The notes beneath the pieces are model-generated. The model saw only the letters and a program-made list of their open reading frames with translations, did no database searches and was not told where the DNA came from. From the NCBI RefSeq assembly GCF_006345805.1, contig NC_043018.1:14570001-14634000 (forward strand): DNA of 64,000 nucleotides, read 5' to 3'. Origin of the DNA: Octopus sinensis. Lineage: Eukaryota. Below are positions 1-11,374 of this stretch, piece after piece. The stretch's first letter is position 1. Each line of letters starts with the position of its first letter. Position numbers and translations under genes: made by a program.

Positions 1-275
1 CTGCTAAGTTACGGGGATGTAAACACACCACCATCGGTTGTCAAGCGATGTTGGGGGACAAACACAGATACACAAACATATACACACACATATATTTATA
101 TATACATATATACAACAGGCTTCTTTCAGTTTCCGTCTACCAAATCCACTCACAAGGCATTGGTCGGCCCGAGGCTATAGCAGAAGACACTTGCCCAAGA
201 TGCCACGCAATGGGACTGAACCCGGAACCATGTGGTTGGTAAGCAAGCTACTTACCACACAGCCACTCCTGTGCC
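1..275 (-). mobile_element. SINE family A (tRNA-derived head, internal (TA/CA)n, RTE-like tail), cut by window start
   Basis: Reverse complement of AGGAGTGGCTGTGTGGTAAG...GGTTCCGGGTTCAGTCCC...CCTTGTGAGTGGATTTGGTAGACGGAAACTGAAAGAAGC; about 12 copies in the window. Confidence 0.9.
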
Positions 276-343
276 ATTTTAAATTTTTATTTCACCTTTC
301 GCTGTAATCTCATTCTCTAAGTCTTTTTTTTTTTTTCTTACAG

Positions 344-1014
344 GGAAAACGGATCTGCACCAGTCTATAAATAGTCTTTTCCTCAATATTACTGACCACT
401 GGAAAGAGTCGGTCTCTGATCTGGATTCTGGCCTTTCAAAAGATCTTTCTCTTTCCTCAGAGCCTTTCAGCATTCCTGTTAATCACAAACTAAAATTTCG
501 GCAAAGCTCCATCACTTACAGAACGCAACCCAAAGTCTTTCTTCACCAAAACCGTTACAAATTATCAGACTCTACCATTCAGTCAGCAACAGAATACGAA
601 AGCAGCGATGAGGATACTGAGATTCCGTCCAGTCAGATGGATCTTTTTACCACGGAACCTGTCCAGAAGAAACCTCGACTCCTTGCCTGCAAAGTTGTGG
701 CAAACACTCTGAAGCAAGGCAGGAGAAGATCAATCGATACAAGCAATTGCAAATACTTACAAAGGAAATTGGAGTCACTCAACATCGACAACTCATACTT
801 ACCAGCTGACCCTGCAACGTTTACAGAATACCCAGATCGGACGTACCTATGGCTGGTTTCAGTTTGTAGTTATCTCATTGAAGAGAATAAGCTTGCTCTC
901 AACAACCAAGTCTGCAACCTTGAGTGCCTTCTTAAATTGCAACCCTATTCGAGATCCAGAAAGGCTTCATTGATAAATATTTATCAGTATTTCGAGAAGG
1001 CCAGAAGCCAGTGA
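344..1014 (+). CDS. Terminal coding exon of a host gene, tentatively TAF1B-like (RNA Pol I SL1 subunit) C-terminus
   Basis: Strong acceptor (T13-CTTACAG at 323-343). Frame 1 is open from 344 to TGA 1012-1014 (~223 aa, GKTDLHQS...EKARSQ*), non-repetitive. The motif TYLWLVSVCSYLIEE..L..QVCNLECLL resembles the TAF1B C-terminus from memory only. AATAAA at 1111. Confidence 0.65.
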
Positions 1015-1210
1015 ATGAACAAAATTAAAAATGTAGAGCAGGGGGTTGGTAAAGTTTTTTTTGGAGGAGGGCCTGATAGATATGTTTCTATGTCCTTGTG
1101 GGCCAAAACAAATAAAAAATTAAAACATCGTCTTACAAGGCTTTAGAAACAACTTTTTTTTCTTTTCCTAATTTTCTTTTCATTAAAAACCAGAAATGTA
1201 CAAAAAAATT

Positions 1211-1468
1211 GACTCCCTCAAATGTCAGTGGGGATACTTAGAAGTAGTGGACAGTTTCTAACTTAGGTGACCAAGTGAGCAGTGATGGAGGTTGTTCTGA
1301 AAGCATAGCTGCTAGAATAAGAATAAGCTGGGCAAAGTTCTGAGAGCTGCTACCTCTGTTGGTAATGAAGGGCCTCTCCTTCAGAGCGAAAGGCAGATTG
1401 TATGATGCTTGTGTACAAACAGCTTTGCTATATGGCAGTGAGACATGGGCTGTGACTACTGAGGATGT
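1211..1468 (+). mobile_element. RTE-clade LINE ORF2 fragment (RT C-terminal part), decayed
   Basis: Translates LEVVDSF/LGDQVSSDGGCSESIAARIRISWAKF*ELLPLLVMKGLSFRAKGRLYDACVQTALLYGSETWAV, with a frameshift and a stop. Confidence 0.85.
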
Positions 1469-1670
1469 GTGGTGATGATGATGATTGCAAGGAAGGATTT
1501 CCTACACATTTGATAACAAAAATTGGAATGTGCATTGTCTGAAATGCAGTGACGAGTTTTTTTTAATTAAACTGAACAGGTGTATGGTGACATTGGATCT
1601 GTTACCAGTTAGTTTACTTGCTTTTCTCAATGGATAAGTAAACCTTTTTTTTTGCCATTCATACTTTTCT

Positions 1671-1800
1671 TGTGGCACCTTGGGCAAGTGTCTTCTGCCA
1701 TAGCCTTGGGCCGACCAAAGCCTTGTGAGTGGATTTGGTAGATGGAAACTGAAAGAAGCATGTCGTATATACATATGTATGTGTGTGTGTTTGTCACCCA
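1671..1800 (+). mobile_element. SINE A, 5'-truncated body
   Basis: GTGGCACCTTGGGCAAGTGTCTTC...GAAAGAAGCATGTCG. Confidence 0.9.
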
Positions 1801-1995
1801 GACACACAAACATATTTATATATATATACACACGACGGGCTTCTTTAAGTTTCCGTCTACCAAATCCACTCACAAGGCTTTGGTTGGCCCGAGGCTATAG
1901 TAGAAGACACTTGCCCAAGGTGCCATGCAGTGGGACTGAACCCAGAACCATGTGGTTGGTATGCAAGCTACTTACCACACAGCTACTCCTGTGCC
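1801..1995 (-). mobile_element. SINE A, 5' half, abutting the previous copy in inverted orientation
   Basis: CGACGGGCTTCT...CTTACCACACAGCTACTCCTGTGC. Confidence 0.9.
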
Positions 1996-3267
1996 TTTAA
2001 ACTTTATATGTCAGTGGAAGATATGATTAAATCCAGCTGTTTTTCAGCATTGTAAGTATTTCAGGCATAGATCTTTAGAACATCCACAAAGAAATTATGG
2101 TTTATATTCGTATCTTTTGCTGTTGTAGACTTTAGGACATAACCAAAAGTGTTCATAGAAGAAATGACAGTGGATTTAAGGCTAAAATAAGGAAAAAAAA
2201 AGAAGCTCAGATTCTCACCTTGGAATATTCTTGTTGGAATATAACATCAGAGATAATTGTTCCATTTTCAGTTACAGGTGTGAGGATTGTGGGCCTAGTC
2301 TTTATGATCCTTTGGATGGCAACAGGCATTTTTGCCAACTGGAGTGACTTCAGTAGTTATAATACAAAATGGGACAAGAACATAAAACATCCAGACATGT
2401 GATACAAAAAAGGGACAACAAAACATCCAGACAGACGATACAAAGAAAACAAGGACGGGCCATTCGGAGTTTTCTTTCCTCAGTCGAGTTAAAGATTATC
2501 TTTGCAATTTCGGCTGGTTATACTCGAGATTGCTCCAATCTGGCCCAGCGTTTTATATAACCCAAGAACATACTCACTTTTGGCTAGTTCGATCTGATTT
2601 AATCTTTTCTTCTAAATGCATATTATTATGTTAGAAAACACACAGCCAGATTATATCATCAAACCACAAGAGAATTGCTACATTACTTTTTTCATTAAAT
2701 TCTTTTCATTTGAAAAAAAAAATCAATGTTCCGTAAAGTTTTCATTTTCTTATTGCAATTCCAGTATGTTGGCAATATAGGCTTTCGATTGGTTAAAATT
2801 TCATGATTTTACAGGCTTGTAACTTTTCTACTTATTAATTACTAGAGAAACGAATGCAAAAGTACATTGATGTAGAACATTAAAACAAATCTGGTAAAAA
2901 TTTTGGAAAAACATTCTGGCGGTTGGAAAGAATTTTAAAAGATCTTTGGCAACATATACAGACAGATTATATCATCATCAAACTACATTAAACGTAGTGT
3001 TTATTAGACAATGGAGGTGAAGTGGAAAAGAAATAGTGTCATATTCGTAAGTAATGGGCCGAATACAGCCGGATGAAAGCGGTGGAGGAGGAATAAATGA
3101 AGTGATTTAGAGTGTGTTTGAAAGAAAGGAAATTTCTATGAAAAGTGTAAAAGTGAATAATAAATACAATGTTTACTGATGAGATGTTGATTGCCTTCCA
3201 TCATTTGTTTTCTCATTCTCCATTATATCGCCATCCTTATATCTTAATACAACTAGCTTAATTGACA

Positions 3268-3357
3268 ACCCTTGGCATGTGTCTTCTACTATAGCCTCAG
3301 GCCGACCAAAGCCTTGTGAGTGGATTTGGTAGACGAAACTGAAAGAAGCCCGTCGTA

Positions 3358-3390
<33 letters not shown>

Positions 3391-3572
3391 CCCCTAGCAT
3401 TGCTTGACAACCGATGCTGGTGTGTTAATGTTCCCGTTACTTAGTGGTTCGGCAAAAGAGACCGATAGAATAAGTACTGGGCTTACAAAAGAATAAGTCC
3501 CAGGGTCGAGTTGCTCGATTAAAGGCGGTGCTCCAGCATGGCCACAGTCAAATGACTGAAACAAGTAACAGA

Positions 3573-3574
<2 letters not shown>
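3268..3574 (+). mobile_element. SINE A, lacking tRNA head
   Basis: Body, (TA)n and tail ending GACTGAAACAAGTAACAGAG. Confidence 0.9.
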
Positions 3575-3611
<37 letters not shown>

Positions 3612-3614
<3 letters not shown>

Positions 3615-4003
3615 AAAAAAGTCAAGGTAGAAAATTCTAAAATAATTTTATGAAAAACGTTTCAGTACCGTTTTCAGTCATTAAGACTTTTTCAGATTTA
3701 AATTTGGAAAACAATTAAATTTTGGAAAAATTAAATGAAAAGTTTTTAAAAGAATATTTGCATAGTATTCAAATACAAATGGTGTATTCCTTGTTTCTGT
3801 CTCTCTAACAAGAGAGACAGAGACAGGCAGAAACAAGGAAAATTTATAATATGCAAATGTTCTTTTAAAAAACTTCATTTAATTTTTCCAAAATTGAATT
3901 TCTTTCCATACTAACAGTTGAAAAAGTCTCAATGGCCGAAACCGGTACTGAAATGTTTTTTTATAAAATTATTTTAGCATTTTCTACCTTGACTTTTTTT
4001 CCA
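3612..4003. mobile_element. Fold-back (palindromic) non-autonomous element with hammerhead-like motifs in both arms
   Basis: TGGAAAAAAGTCAAGGTAGAAAAT at 3612 pairs with ATTTTCTACCTTGACTTTTTTTCCA ending at 4003. Complementarity continues inward to a CT/AG-rich centre at ~3808. Flanked by (TA)n. Confidence 0.85.
3915..3950 (+). ncRNA. Minimal type-I hammerhead-like motif, U3-A8 core variant (activity unproven)
   Basis: CAG TTGAAAA AGTC-TCAAT-GGCC GAAAC CG GTA CTG: 3-bp stem I, palindromic ACCGGT stem III, GUA site. Confidence 0.5.
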
Positions 4004-4789
4004 CATATATATCAACTCGTGTGTTCCTTTTCAACCTTCTACACACACATACACACACGTACGTACGTACGTATGTATGTATGTGTGTGTGTGTGTATGT
4101 ATGCATGGATGTATATGTAGTTATCTTGGAAATTAGTGAAATGTTAAAGTTTCGTTATTTGATCCATCACACTCACAGTGATGTTTGTAGTATTGCCAGA
4201 GCTGACAGTGGTGGTGATGGAGGCAACGGTGGTAGAGATGTTGGTAATGGTGGGGTGGTGATACCAGTATTTGTAGAGGCAGTGATAGAATTTTCGAAGG
4301 CGGTGGCGACGGCATTGTTGTGCTAGTAGTGACGATAGTGATGATGTTTGAAATAACAGCGAATGGGGCAGCGCGTAGTTGTGGATGTGTTACGCGCGGT
4401 TTTCTTAACCCGCCACCTTCCCTTCCCTTCCCCTTGTTGCCCATAGGGGAACACCTATCACAACTTCACGTGAACCACTGCCGTCGGGTGTAGCATCACC
4501 TTACCAAATGCTTTATGACATTTCAAGGCGAACCTGTGTAAATAACTGTATGGACCTAATGGGCCTTTGTTTAACATCCATTGCTTCTTTCTGTTGTGTC
4601 TGTGTGTCGGTATAGCTTGAAGCCGGCTGTATCACACACACACACACACAGCCTCTTTGCACGTGGGTGTCTTCTATGCAATTTCCTCACCCAACTCTTA
4701 CAAACCAAAACAACCGTTGGTTTAGCTTGATTCCCAACCGCACTAATGTATCTCTTGTTAAGCAACATCACATTCTGAAACGAACGAGA

Positions 4790-4975
4790 GAGACTCAGCG
4801 TGGTAGATATTACTGCCAGAAATAGCAGGTAAATCTCCCTCAAATCATAATTCTTTTGAATCGTAGACCCTACTCTCTTTAAAAAATGAAAACAACACAA
4901 TCAATAATGTTGCAAAAGATGAGATTTTTGTGGTTTGATTGATACGGGTTGGTCCCGGGTTAAACAACAGCAGCG
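4790..4975 (+). mobile_element. Old diverged SINE-like family G fragment
   Basis: AGAAATAGCAG-TAAATCTCCCTCAAATCA...GGTTAAACAACAGC; similar motifs at ~15170, 43455, 57400 and 58190. Confidence 0.5.
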
Positions 4976-5109
4976 TTACCCTTTGATCAAAGCTTTCCAG
5001 GCTTTTAGTGTGTTGCTGAAAATCGCAAAATTGAAGTCGCGAAATTAATTTAGACACCTGATTGGTGATTATTAAATTATGTTAATCCTGACGCTAACTA
5101 AATTTAATG

Positions 5110-6385
5110 TGTCACGAAAATTCATATTTTAAAATCAGAATTTCATCATCGGGAAAAGCAATGTCTTTGATGGACTGAAAGTCTATACTGATAAAAAAGA
5201 GGACCACGAAACCAGATTACTAGTCCGGATTAGTTGTCCTTGAAGGACTGAAAATTTATACTGATAACAAGAGGACTCTTAATCCGGATTAGAGGATAAT
5301 TACCTCTAAGGTCACAAAAATGTTCTCTGCTTGGTGTTGTAAGACGCAAGCAAGAATGAAAGCTCCGTCAATATGATTGTAGCGGTCTCTGATATCCTCA
5401 CTGTTTGAGAGACACGGCAGGAATGATCTCGTTTGAGATTACAGCCATCTTTGGTCGAGTTGTTCCTGTTGTGACCACTGACCTGATTGGTTGACATGTA
5501 GCGCGATTTGTCTCTACTTATTTCGCGCCACTGGCCAAAGCCAACCAATCACGGCCTTTGGTTAAGGTCCCTTTTTCCTAGGCTCTGTTGAGCCACCTTA
5601 CTTGTATATAAAGGAGTGTTCTCAGTATACTTGGGTCTTTGGTTCTAGTCCTTCTAAGGACTAACCTCTGACCTCAGAGCTACTCAACATGTTTCAGTCA
5701 CAGCGACAGACAATCAGCCACGACGACGCTAATGTACACCCGCAACAGAACGCCTTCTATCTCCGCCGCCGTCGTCACCATCATTGTACCAACTTCAAGT
5801 CGTCTCTACCATCGTCGCCATCACCATCGTCCACTTCAGACGTGTACACACCAACTTTACAGATCCACGCTGTTAGAGTGAATCCCTTCACCAAGTAGAA
5901 ACAGTCCATCTGAAGAATTCTATATTAAGAGAACCAGCTCGGCGATTGAGACCACGACCGCGGCTCGACAATAATTCGCCCAACCGGTCTCCGCCCGAGA
6001 CACATCTTGATATTGAACTCTTACATTTCGTGTACCTCATGAACTGTAAACCAATTTCCATTATTAGCTCTATGCTCTGTATCTTCTATGTCACACGCAT
6101 TCACCCTTATTGTATCTGTCACACACACGAACACACAGACACAAACACGCGTTGCATGCACACATACACAACACTTGCTAGCACTCACAACCCTCTAACC
6201 TTAACACCATTGTAAATAAAATCTTATCTATCTCTCAAACAGTGGAACGGCTTGTCGTCTTTCATCTATATTCTGTTGGCACTGCATTGTATAAATTGTA
6301 TTTATGGCTTATCTTATTTCGTTAGGGATGTGACCGCGTGACTTACCTACGTCGCCAACCTCCACATACGGTCGTATTTCCTACA
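5110..6385 (+). mobile_element. Probable solo LTR (Gypsy-like termini)
   Basis: TGTCACG...CCTACA ends, ~70-bp imperfect tandem near 5170-5295, CCAATCA ~5545, TATATAAAGG ~5605, AATAAA ~6215; no TSD found. Confidence 0.45.
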
Positions 6386-7479
6386 TGATCGTTCAACCTG
6401 GTTGTATAATAATAACCAAGTTTCATTAAACCATTACAGTTCACTGTCGTCAAAAAAGAAGCGACACATTTGAATAGTCTAGTCCAAGATACACCTGGCA
6501 AAAAATGCTCCTTGATCATAGCTCTTCAACACACATACGCGCGCACACACGCACACACACACACATAATTTATGATGATCATACTAAAAGCGGTGGTTAT
6601 GACTAAATTTCATGTGAAGGTAACATTTCCCGGTACCTCTCAGATGGGCACTTTATGGAACTTCGTGCAAAACCTTTTGGGAAAGGAATAAAAAGCAATT
6701 ATATATATATCTGACCTCCCCTGTTGGAAGGTTTATAATGGACGCAGGTTGTATGTCAAATAGCTAGCTTGAGGCGGTGGCCTCTTGGAGCTAATCAGCG
6801 ACAGCTTTAGCCTTATATTTATAAGACTGCCATATAAGTATGGCGATAACTATTAATTTCCAGTAACGCTGCCGTAATCTCCTTTAGAGAGACTTAGTAA
6901 TTTTATTATATATATATATATCATATTTCAAAAATATTAATAATTAATATATCGAGGGACATAACTCATACTTAAAGAATCAAAGAGTTATCTCCCTTGA
7001 AAAGGAAGAGCATTAGCAAATTTAGTTGAAAGGTGACAACTAAAGACGTAAAGGAGAGGATGAGAGAGTGAGAAAAAGAAGAGGAAGAGAGAGAGAGAGA
7101 GAGAGAGGGGTAGAAGGAAAGTAATAGAATATATAAATATGAAACGGATGAGAGGTTGAACGAAGGATCAACCGCGATAAGCACCCAGGGTGTTGGAGAG
7201 AAAGGGTGCCCTGGTATTGATTTGATCCCCTAAATGCGGCTCGGAAAGAATATACTTGCGCTCGTGCAAGCATTTTTTGATTTGGCATTTGGGTACATTT
7301 CAGGCCTGAAGCAACTGGGGTATATTTCCGCGCACCCACTTATATATATTCTCACAATAAAGCACACAGAATGTGTTTTTCCCAACCCATCTGAGCTCGT
7401 TATTATTTCTCGGTGATATGCAGGATGACCACCCTGTTCATTCGCCGTTCCGAATTATCACCAAGCCGTAATGTCAACA

Positions 7480-7615
7480 TCTGCTATATCTATGTGACGC
7501 TTCTCTGTTAAACACAATCTGCATTTCCTGCTACCGTTGGAGAATGGTTTGCATTTCTTCTGCGGACTCCATTTGCTGTCTCCTTCAACGGTCATATGTG
7601 CTTAGCTAATGATTT
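7480..7615 (-). mobile_element. Penelope-like element, GIY-YIG C-terminal region relic
   Basis: SLAKHI*PLKE/KWSPQKKCKPFSNGSRKCRLCLTEKRHI matches the PLE pattern LSKHIWxLK..W.I.....Y......CxLCLxEK. Confidence 0.7.
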
Positions 7616-7621
7616 GGCTCT

Positions 7622-7762
7622 TCTAGGGTTCTGACGACTGATGCTTCGTCTCAGGGTCGTATCCGTAAACCCAACTCTCGTCACCGACAGTGATCATCAA
7701 CGTGAAGGATGGGTCAACAACGGCACGCTGATGGAGATCCTGACAGACTGCGATGCGATGTT
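7622..7762 (-). mobile_element. Mariner transposase fragment (first catalytic Asp region)
   Basis: EHRIAVCQDLHQR...ITVGDESWVYGYDPETKHQSS. Confidence 0.85.
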
Positions 7763-7769
7763 CTCTAAT

Positions 7770-7800
7770 GATGATAATAATAATAATAATAATAATAATA

Positions 7801-7843
<43 letters not shown>

Positions 7844-8030
7844 AATAAAACATCGAAAAATACTTTAGGAATGAGAGCCAAGGTTCGAAATTTCCCCAAG
7901 ACACTCGATGAAGGCTGGAGGGTATATCAGCCGAAACATTGTGTTATCAACAAACAAGATGAGGACAAATATCCGTCAAATGTAAATAATGTAAATAATG
8001 TACATAATTCCTCATCTCTTAAATATAGAA
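7770..8030 (+). mobile_element. Family E hammerhead-bearing repeat (copy 1)
   Basis: (AAT)n, then AAAAATACTTTAGGAATGAGA..., GACAC-TCGATGA-AGGCTG..CAGCC-GAAAC-ATT-GTGTT (7900-7945) and an (AAATGTAAAT) tail; homologous to 60395-60980. Confidence 0.85.
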
Positions 8031-8299
8031 CTCTACACACACACACATTCACATATATGTGTGTATGTATGTACAGATATGTATCTCTCTCCCTCTCTGT
8101 CTCTCTCTTTCTATATATATATATTTGTTTGTTTATCAGTGTGTGTGGGGTGTGTGTACATGTCATCCTATATTTACTGGCATTAATTGCAGAAACAGGT
8201 TATATTTCATAAACTTGATACAGAATTTTTCAGAATTCTTATTATCCTAGCAGCTGTACAAGTACATTGGTATCAACAAACACACGCACGCACTTAAAA

Positions 8300-8394
8300 G
8301 TATATATATGTGTGTGTGTGTGTATGTGTGTGTATATATGCATATCTATACGTACATGAATATATATATATATATATGCATATCTATACGTATA

Positions 8395-8430
<36 letters not shown>

Positions 8431-8500
8431 TATATATATGAATATATATATGAATATATATATATATATATATATATGAATATATATATGAATATATATA

Positions 8501-8534
<34 letters not shown>

Positions 8535-8592
8535 TATATATATGAATATATATATATATATATATATATATGAATATATATATATATATATA

Positions 8593-8664
<72 letters not shown>

Positions 8665-8665
8665 A
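8300..8665. repeat. (TA)n / (TATATGAA) compound microsatellite
   Basis: Direct reading. Confidence 0.95.
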
Positions 8666-8871
8666 ACATGCACACACGCACACATTCAGTAGGGAGAGAA
8701 GGGGATTAATTATACAGTGTGATTGTGTATGTGTGTGCGCGTGTGTGTGTGTGTATATTAACCTATTTGTAAAGGTTGCTTAAAACTGCGTTTAATTTTT
8801 ATATACTTACAGCTTTGTTCCGGTTCGTATAACATTTTTCATGTTAAACTATTAACTTAGCAATTGCTAGT

Positions 8872-9204
8872 AATATACATACATACATTAATACATACAT
8901 ACATACATACATACATACATACATACATACATACATACATACATACATACATACATACATACATTAATACATACATACACACATACATACATAAATACAT
9001 CCATAGATACATACATACATATATACATGCATACATACATACATATATACATACATATATACATGCATACATACATACATACATACATACATACATACAT
9101 ACATACATACATACATACATACATACATACATACATGCATACATACATACATATATACATACATATATACATGCATGCATACATACATACATACATACAT
9201 ACAT

Positions 9205-9235
<31 letters not shown>

Positions 9236-9485
9236 TACATACATACATACATACATACATACATACATACATACACACATACATACACACATACATACAT
9301 ACACACATACATACATACATACATACATACATACATACATACACACATACATACATACATACATACATACATACATACATACATACACACATACATACAT
9401 ACATACATACATACATACATACATACATACATACACACATACATACCTACATACATACATACATACATACATACATACATACATA
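8872..9485. repeat. (TACA)n microsatellite, ~610 bp
   Basis: Direct reading; source of the HTYI/MYVC pseudo-ORFs. Confidence 0.97.
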
Positions 9486-10520
9486 AACCAAAGATTGGAG
9501 GAGAGACAAGCATCATACCAGTAAAATATAAGGCATGGGTACGTAACCCTAAGCTAGAGAGCAACAATATCATTGCCCGAAAGAGTAACCTCTCCTGGAC
9601 CTGCGATAGATACATTACCTCTCGCCTAAAAGGATCTACGTTCGATATCCAGGAACAGGAGATAGCTACTAAAAACCCGATAAACACGAGGGACAAAGAT
9701 ACCACCAAACATCCACGCCGTGATAAAAAATGCTGGCTCTGCTATACCAGTGTGGAATATATTAACCATATCATCATCAGTTGCCCTAAAATATCTACGA
9801 GATACTGCCTGTTATGAAGCATGATATAATTGCAAAGACTATGTACAATGCTGTCCGCGGCAAGGACTACCCTGACAAAGGTTTATCAGAACCAAATGTA
9901 TTCACATCAAAGGCATGTCAGAACCAGCAGGTATTAGCACCTTTAAAACAAGGAACACTGGTAGAACACTTCAATAAAGCAGCAATTCGGTGCAAACATA
10001 AGAGACTTGATATTGTTCTGTGGGACAGAGAACAATGGTAATGCACTGTTGTCGAGGTCAGCTGTCCAGCAGATGTGAATGTACAATCCAAAGTTCAGGC
10101 AAAAGAGGACATTTATGGCGAATTAATGCGGAACTTACAAGTCATCTACTTTGACTAAGAATTTTCACTTGAACCTATCATCGTAGATACATTAAGTTAT
10201 GTATGTACCAAGAAATTTGCGCAAACCCCTTGAACCACTCGGTTTCACAGAGATAGAGCGAAAGAAACCAACGCGGATTCTCCAAATCCAATGTATTTGT
10301 AGCCAAGTGAAGAATGGCAAGACATTCCGAAAATTTTCTGTCTGAGATTCTTTAGGTGAATAGACTCACTGACTCGGGTGTATACATCGACACTTTAACC
10401 AACCCACCAACTCAATCACATATTTACAAACACCGGGAACTCTCTTAACTTAAAAAGCCTTGTCGCTTTATTAGCGACCGGCTTGAACTCTCTCAAGAAG
10501 AACTTAAATTAAACTCAAAG
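9486..10520 (+). mobile_element. RLE-type non-LTR retrotransposon 3' part (R4/Dong-like), 5'-truncated and decayed
   Basis: ..TFDIQEQEIATK..CWLC..VEYINHIIISCPKI (CCHC knuckle) ..KHDII.. KRLDIVLWD..TVVEVSCPAD..K...Y (PD-D/ExK-like RLE) ..LGF..LQ..KTFRKF*, then a 3' UTR. Confidence 0.8.
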
Positions 10521-10527
10521 CAATGTC

Positions 10528-10576
<49 letters not shown>

Positions 10577-10580
10577 AGTG

Positions 10581-10674
10581 TGTGGCACCTTGGGCAAGTG
10601 TCTTCTACTATAGCCTCGGGCCGACCAAAGCCGTGTGAGTGGATTTGGTAGACGGAAATTGAAAGAAGCCCGTC

Positions 10675-10710
<36 letters not shown>

Positions 10711-11210
10711 TAATAAATAAAATATATGCATACATACAAACATATATGTACGTACCGACATCTACATGTATATATACATGCATATATAAATATATATATA
10801 TGTACAGGACATCACAAGAAGACGAAAAATCAACAGAACGAAAACGGAGAAGACATTTTGTTACAACAGAAGGACAGAGACGTAGAACAAGACGAAACGA
10901 AAACGAAAACGGGAAAAACAATTAAGTGCAGCAGAAAAACGAAGTACAGGACATGCTACACAAGGAAAAATCCCATTCATATATATGTGTGTGTGTGTGT
11001 GTGTGTGTTTGTGTGTCTGTGTTTGTAACCCCACCCCCATCATTGCTTGACAACCGATGCTGTAACTTAGTGGTTCAGTAAAAAGAGACCGATAGAATAA
11101 GTACCAGGCTTACAAAGAATAAGTCCTGGGGTCGACTTCCTCGACTAAAAGCGGTGCTCCAGCATGACCGCAGTCAAATGACTGAAACAAGAGTAAAAGA
11201 GTAAAGAGTA
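10581..11210 (+). mobile_element. SINE A lacking head, with a ~280-bp foreign insert in its internal (TA)n
   Basis: Body 10581-10680, insert ~10700-10980, tail to (GTAAAAGA)n. Confidence 0.88.
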
Positions 11211-11374
11211 ACTCAATGTTATCTTTCCCCCACCCTAGATTGTATCGATCTGTTCCTGGACTCTGCAGTGGCTGACTTCCCAGGAGATATTAGTACACTC
11301 GGGTTTACTATGAATGAATGAAGGTGTAATTTGGTGACAGAACCAGTATGGCCGCACCCACGTAAGGGTTAATA

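Noticed and set aside
38-307. Recurring short ORFs containing [24 protein letters not shown]
   Set aside because: Antisense translation of SINE A, not a gene family.
2219-2611. Two possible minus-strand exons (donors at 2218 and 2577)
   Set aside because: The donors look good, but the acceptor of the larger one is weak, the phases do not match and I recognise no homology. RNA-seq would be needed.
8242-9817. Long ORFs (up to 317 aa) rich in HTYI, MYVC or IY repeats
   Set aside because: Translations of (TACA)n and (TA)n. The 317-aa ORF is a chance in-frame join of the microsatellite to a decayed retrotransposon. The same applies to the similar ORFs at 13.4-15, 30-31, 39.8, 48, 52 and 63 kb.
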